Shown here piece after piece: positions 59,538 through 64,000 of a stretch of 64,000 nt of DNA. The notes beneath the pieces were generated by a model, which did no database searches, was not told the DNA's origin, and saw nothing but the letters and a program-made list of their open reading frames with translations. Position 1 is the stretch's first letter; each line of letters starts with the position of its first letter. This DNA is from a virus (lineage: Duplodnaviria; Caudoviricetes), in the IMG/VR virus record IMGVR_UViG_3300010348_001730, positions 1-64,000 of that record; one strand, 5' to 3'. The translations under genes were made by a program, and so were the position numbers.

Positions 59538-60901
59538 AATTTTATTTTTGATTTAGTTTTGAAAAAATAACTAAAAGAAATCTACAAAACTTTTAGTTAT
59601 ATTTTGCATAATATTTTAAAATAAGAACGTATTAGATTTTTTCGATAATTAAAATTGTTTTTTCTTCATGACAATAATAATTAATTATGCTGACTATTAA
59701 TAATAGTAAAAATAACAGAGCTTGAACCACTATTTATATAATAGGCTTTGAGACCTACGGTATCACCGTACATTGGTATCCTATCTAACGTCTCTTGATA
59801 AAAATAGTACTCTGTATGAGGTTCTTTGATAATAAACCTGTAATTATGTACACTCATTACAGGTTGGGAAAAATACAATTCCCTTTTCTAAATCATTAAT
59901 AGGTGTACACCTATTACTGTTCAGCTTTTTAATTGTGCACATTAGAAAAGCCTTTATAAAAAATCTAATTTGAACAGTTTTAATTAGACATATTAGATAT
60001 GTGACAAATCCATCAATAGAGCCGTTGACAGGATATTGACAGATTTGAATCACATGTTTCAATAACAAAATGTAGCAATAATGCTAAATATACCTTTAAT
60101 TAGAAGATATGTTAAATAGAGTAATGTTATTATACAAATACTTACTAAAATCCAAGCATAATAACCTGATAGAATAATCCTATCGTAGGATTTAAATTCT
60201 AAATAATGTCGTACTTTCATTTCTTTTTTGTTAATAAGATATATTTATTTCTTAGTTTAACCCATTGTCTTCCGTATTTATCAAAGAATAAATCTTTCCA
60301 TGATATTTTTTTATTTGTTGTAATCATGATAAATAATTTTTTGATTAATACTATTGTTAAATTGGTAACTGTTCAAGACAGCTTAACGTACACGCCATGA
60401 GTATTTCAACTCTGAGGGTTTTAACATTGTGTACTTGTCCCAACATTTGTTGGGAACTTTTTACTCTTACTCTCACGTATACTTGAGAGATAACACTAAC
60501 TAGAATACTAGTATTTATACTACACTGACAGAGCTTACAAGAAATAATTATCCTGCGATCAATTAAATGATTCTCCATCCTAAAAATATTTCATTCTAAA
60601 ATCAATGATTAACAGTGTGTGTTAACTATAAATAGATAAGAGTGGTAGAATAAAGAATAATGTGCTAATTTATATCCATAATTACACAATCAGGATATAA
60701 TGTTGTAAACTTTTTTCTTGCTTCAACATCATCTGTTGCGTAATTAGAGGCTTGATTACTTCGACCTAAATGATCTTTGTAAAAGATAGTAAATTTTCTC
60801 ATGTTAAAAATTGTATTGTTGGTTGTTTAATGCAATAATACCTTGTTGAATTTGAATCTGAGGTTTATATGCAAATAATGCCACGTTAGATTGATTTTTC
60901 A

Positions 60902-61420
60902 TTATTTTTTTGATAAAATTACACCTTCATTTTTTACTTCTTGAACAGTAGCTTCCATACAACAACCATAAGTTTTAGTAGCAATTTCTAAAGCTTTTTT
61001 TCTGGTTGTAGTATATATTGCAACTTTTTCAGGATTGAAGTATGGACGTGTTACAATGAATGGTTTTAAATTAGACATAACTTTTTGATTTTTGTTGGAC
61101 GTAAAAGAACAATATAATGTTAATGAAAAAATACAAATTGCAGCTAACATACATGCTATTATAGCATATAATCCTGTGTAATCAGGTTTTTCATAAATTA
61201 TTTTTTCTTTTTGGGTTATGATTTCTCTAGTATCAGATAACTGATATGTACCTACAGCTTCTTCAGAATGATTTGTGTAGTTACCTATAAACAAAATACC
61301 TTTTGAAGAACTAAAAAGATTATTATCGAGAAAGTATTCTAAATTATTACCATCTTTGTAAAGTTTAGAACCACCATCTCGATAAGTTTCTTTTAACGTT
61401 AATATTGTAATCTTATTCAC
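60902..61420 (-). CDS. Hypothetical membrane protein
   Basis: 172 aa; one TM helix; start overlaps the upstream stop. Confidence 0.5.
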   Translation of the reverse strand: MNKITILTLKETYRDGGSKLYKDGNNLEYFLDNNLFSSSKGILFIGNYTNHSEEAVGTYQLSDTREIITQKEKIIYEKPDYTGLYAIIACMLAAICIFSLTLYCSFTSNKNQKVMSNLKPFIVTRPYFNPEKVAIYTTTRKKALEIATKTYGCCMEATVQEVKNEGVILSKK

Positions 61421-61793
61421 GAGAGTAAGTATCTATAATACCACTTAAATGTTTTAATTTTAATGTGGTAGAAGTTAATTCATAGATTAAATATCTTTCG
61501 TCATCAATTGTTATAATTTTTTCTGGAGATACAGAATAATTATCAAAAGATGTTATAAGATTACAACTAGGAGCTTTATACAAATATGTAATAAACTCAT
61601 AATTAGTTCTAAATTCAATCTTACGATTTAAACAAGGTGTATTATTATAAATAACAATATCAGAACCTTGCTCTGTAGATTGTATTTTCCAAGTTCCTAT
61701 AAGAGAACCTTCTGTAGATTGTATCCTACTAGAAGAATCTGAACTACAGGATATTATTGTAATTAACAATAATAAAAATAAATAATTTTTCAT
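61413..61793 (-). CDS. Lipocalin-like lipoprotein
   Basis: Lipobox 'IISC', 'LIGTWKI', 'IYELTSTTLKL' typical of Bacteroidota lipocalin-like domains. Confidence 0.7.
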   Translation of the reverse strand: MKNYLFLLLLITIISCSSDSSSRIQSTEGSLIGTWKIQSTEQGSDIVIYNNTPCLNRKIEFRTNYEFITYLYKAPSCNLITSFDNYSVSPEKIITIDDERYLIYELTSTTLKLKHLSGIIDTYSRE

Positions 61794-62132
61794 ATAGATT
61801 GGTTTTAATGTTTTTAAAATAAATAGAAATAGGTTGAGAAGATTCTCTTAGAGTAGGCTTTGCTTCTTCTTTATCAACTCTTACGTGTCACAGCTTTTAG
61901 TGTCTATTTCTATTTTGCAGTGTTGCTATGTTTAGTGGGTTGTTTTCTTTTTAAAACTCCTTAATATTTTCTATTTTAAATTCTTATAATTTCTTTCATT
62001 ATAATATTAAGGAGTTGTTTATTAACTGAATGTCTTAGTTTAGTTATATATCTTAGTCATATAAACGTACTTATGTCTTGAACCACGTAAAGGTGCATTC
62101 TCTATCAAGACTACCCTCAAAGAGGGTTGTTT

Positions 62133-62402
62133 TTAAAGTAAAGTTTGAATTTCTTTCAATGTTATTGCAAGTTTATCATCTTCACTTAAAAAGTTCTCAA
62201 GTTTAGCTTTCGCAGTATTGAGTTTGGTAATGGTTTCATGTTGAGAAAGAACGGAAGCTCTAACTTTCAAATCATGTAACCATGCTTCGGCAGGATAACC
62301 AAGCCATTCAAAAGCAGGAAAAGTTGTTAGAATTAATTCATTACATAGTTCATGGTGATGAGCTATTATTGCTATGTTAACACCATGTATTTTCATAATC
62401 AA
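62133..62402 (-). CDS. Hypothetical protein (start uncertain)
   Basis: 89 aa; 'FEWLGYPAEAWLHDLKVR...LSEDDK'. Confidence 0.4.
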   Translation of the reverse strand: MIMKIHGVNIAIIAHHHELCNELILTTFPAFEWLGYPAEAWLHDLKVRASVLSQHETITKLNTAKAKLENFLSEDDKLAITLKEIQTLL

Positions 62403-62913
62403 TAATATTCATATTCATCAGCATCAGAATCATTATAATATTCTAATTCATATGAATTATCTGATTTTTTAATTAAATTAAAATGATCTTCCAATACAAG
62501 CATCAGTTGACAATTCATCCCAAACATAGAATAAATAACCATAGTTTAATGCGTTTAGTAGAATGATGAGAATTATAATGAATGATATCATAATAGCTAT
62601 GAATTAAAATGTGAATGAATTTGTTGAGTGAGTTATTTTGTCATATTGTGGTGTGGTGATTAAACCCACAACTCCACACTCACAAAGAATCAACTAAACC
62701 TACTATAACACAGACAGTTACATTGATTAAACTTAGTATTGAGTAGTATTCATAACAGGATTTATTGTTACTAATTGACAATAAAAACAATAAGATTAGT
62801 GCTACAATAACAGATAACACAAACTATACAACCCATATTTTAAACAGTATTTTTCGCATAGTGTATTAAATTAATGATTACGTAGTGTACATTATTACCA
62901 TAAGTCAAGACAT

Positions 62914-62942
62914 AAAAGAAAAGCCCTGCTTTCACAGGGCAA
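62914..62942 (-). terminator. Rho-independent terminator
   Basis: GCCCTG-TGAAAG-CAGGGC-TTTTCTTTT on the - strand, just after ORF 62950..63321. Confidence 0.8.
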
Positions 62943-62949
62943 TTCCTTA

Positions 62950-63321
62950 CTAAGCTATATACTCCTCACCTTTAGGAGTTTTTGCAGGCTCAAACACATC
63001 AATTGTCTGTGGAGCACCAAAGTGCGACATAGCCTCAAGAAGCTCACTAAAGCCAAGTTCCTTAATAGTACTGTATCGAAACTGACGACCATTATCTGGG
63101 TCTTCATCAATTTCTTCAGCTTTCATTAAGTAAGCTTTACCACTTTCCATACCAGCTCTTTCAGCTACAGTACCAGAAAGTATACGTTTGTTGGGACATT
63201 TACCAGCAACAACGTCCAGAATAACTGGCATTTTGTCATTTTTGTCCTCTTTTGCAGGTTTTTCTGCAGAACCATTGTACATTTTTACACTCGCTACGAA
63301 TGTTGTGGCTAACTTTGACAT
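62950..63321 (-). CDS. Hypothetical protein, first gene of the - strand block
   Basis: 123 aa, followed by its own terminator. Confidence 0.65.
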   Translation of the reverse strand: MSKLATTFVASVKMYNGSAEKPAKEDKNDKMPVILDVVAGKCPNKRILSGTVAERAGMESGKAYLMKAEEIDEDPDNGRQFRYSTIKELGFSELLEAMSHFGAPQTIDVFEPAKTPKGEEYIA

Positions 63322-63449
63322 AATACTTTAATTTAAGTTAAACAATTTACAGTTACTTTGATACCAGGGAGGGGTATCACCAATTTTAAAAAAGAGTGGG
63401 GTGGGTTTGTGGGATTAACCCATACACTCAAAAATATTTCAAAAAAAAT

Positions 63450-63480
63450 TTTGTTTTTTAAAAAATTTTATGTATCTTAG
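63450..63480 (+). promoter_or_regulatory. Bacteroidota sigma70-type promoter at the strand switch
   Basis: TTTG-N19-TATCTTAG about 30 nt upstream of ATG 63510. Confidence 0.55.
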
Positions 63481-63509
63481 CTATAAAATAATCAAAAAAT
63501 ATATAAAAT

Positions 63510-63755
63510 ATGAATAATATTACTAAATTAAACAACTCATCAGTATTAAAATCCTCATATCTTACATATATCGCAACTAATAATACAAATCCTTACTATA
63601 TAGGCTCTGCTAGAGTAAAAGAAATACATGAAAAAGCTCTCAGTTCATCTCTAGATGCAGAAACAATTGTAAAATTGTTTAGATTATCTTATTCAGAACT
63701 AAATGAAGATTTAGTTTTAGCTGAAGAAATATTAAAAATAAACTCATATGTTTGA
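63510..63755 (+). CDS. Hypothetical protein (shared motif family)
   Basis: 'LSYSELNEDLVLAEEILK'. Confidence 0.55.
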   Translation: MNNITKLNNSSVLKSSYLTYIATNNTNPYYIGSARVKEIHEKALSSSLDAETIVKLFRLSYSELNEDLVLAEEILKINSYV

Positions 63756-64000
63756 ACAATTAAAAACAGATAATGTTTATAAATATTATCCATTAAATAA
63801 TGGACAAATAGATTCTTTTTTTAGTAATTTCAAAATTATACAATTAAAAAGAGAAACACAAAGACTTTTAGAAGAATTAATTTTTGTAAATATTATTGAT
63901 GAAAAAGATAATTTAAATTCAACAGAATTAAATAATCTTGAAAAATTAATAAATTCTGGTTTAGAAGAGAATTTAGTATTAGCAAATCAAATAATATTAG
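63748..64000 (+). CDS. Hypothetical protein, 3'-partial (shared motif family)
   Basis: ATG at 63748, open to the window end: MFEQLKTDN...KLINSGLEENLVLANQIIL. Confidence 0.55.
   Translation, partial: MFEQLKTDNVYKYYPLNNGQIDSFFSNFKIIQLKRETQRLLEELIFVNIIDEKDNLNSTELNNLEKLINSGLEENLVLANQIIL

Noticed and set aside
19352-60400. Short + strand ORFs at 19352, 24740, 34254, 36294, 44364, 52310, 53305, 54214, 58429, 58850, 60206 and the - strand 52410 ORF
   Set aside because: Antisense or out-of-frame overlaps with well-supported genes, or low-complexity ORFs with no coding signal
59681-60578. ORFs 59681..59878, 59844..60068 and 60357..60578
   Set aside because: Non-ATG or weak starts, atypical composition and no motifs; cannot be supported as genes, and I could not define a convincing RNA structure there either
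61955-62016. 14-bp inverted repeat AACTCCTTAATATT/AATATTAAGGAGTT
   Set aside because: Single AT-rich hairpin with no transposase or second copy; at most a terminator-like element
1-64000. Stop-codon reassignment, as in some crAss-like phages
   Set aside because: Genes are full length and tightly packed under the standard code; the only fragmented gene (nrdJ) is explained by introns; no suppressor tRNA is seen

Overview
64 kb of an AT-rich Bacteroidota (probably Flavobacteriaceae) crAss-like phage genome in the standard genetic code. The + strand (1-15.7 kb) carries three giant virion-cargo genes, including the virion RNA polymerase (GSDFDID motif). A bidirectional terminator separates these from a long - strand block. 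That block holds a MoxR/vWA chaperone module, dUTPase, nucleases, a phiEco32-type amidoligase cluster, primase, a class II ribonucleotide reductase split by two group I introns with homing endonucleases, Prs, SF2 and DnaB helicases, family B DNA polymerase, a T9SS-tagged secreted glycoside-hydrolase-like protein, a Ter cluster, three tRNAs and a tmRNA with a very long tag. The most striking element lies directly downstream of a TROVE/Ro60-like (DUF2828-type) gene. It is a tandem array of 9 abutting (plus 2 looser) RNA units. Each unit has a 7-bp stem of different sequence, a conserved AC(A/U)GCAA box and a GAHA linker, and most enclose a tRNA anticodon arm or a circularly permuted tRNA body. 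This is a candidate Ro/Y-RNA-like multiplexed tRNA-mimic system. A second notable pattern is a family of about 11 proteins sharing a helical 'hhxSxDxxNxxL[AG]xxIh' motif. All assignments come from motif recognition by eye; no database searches were run.
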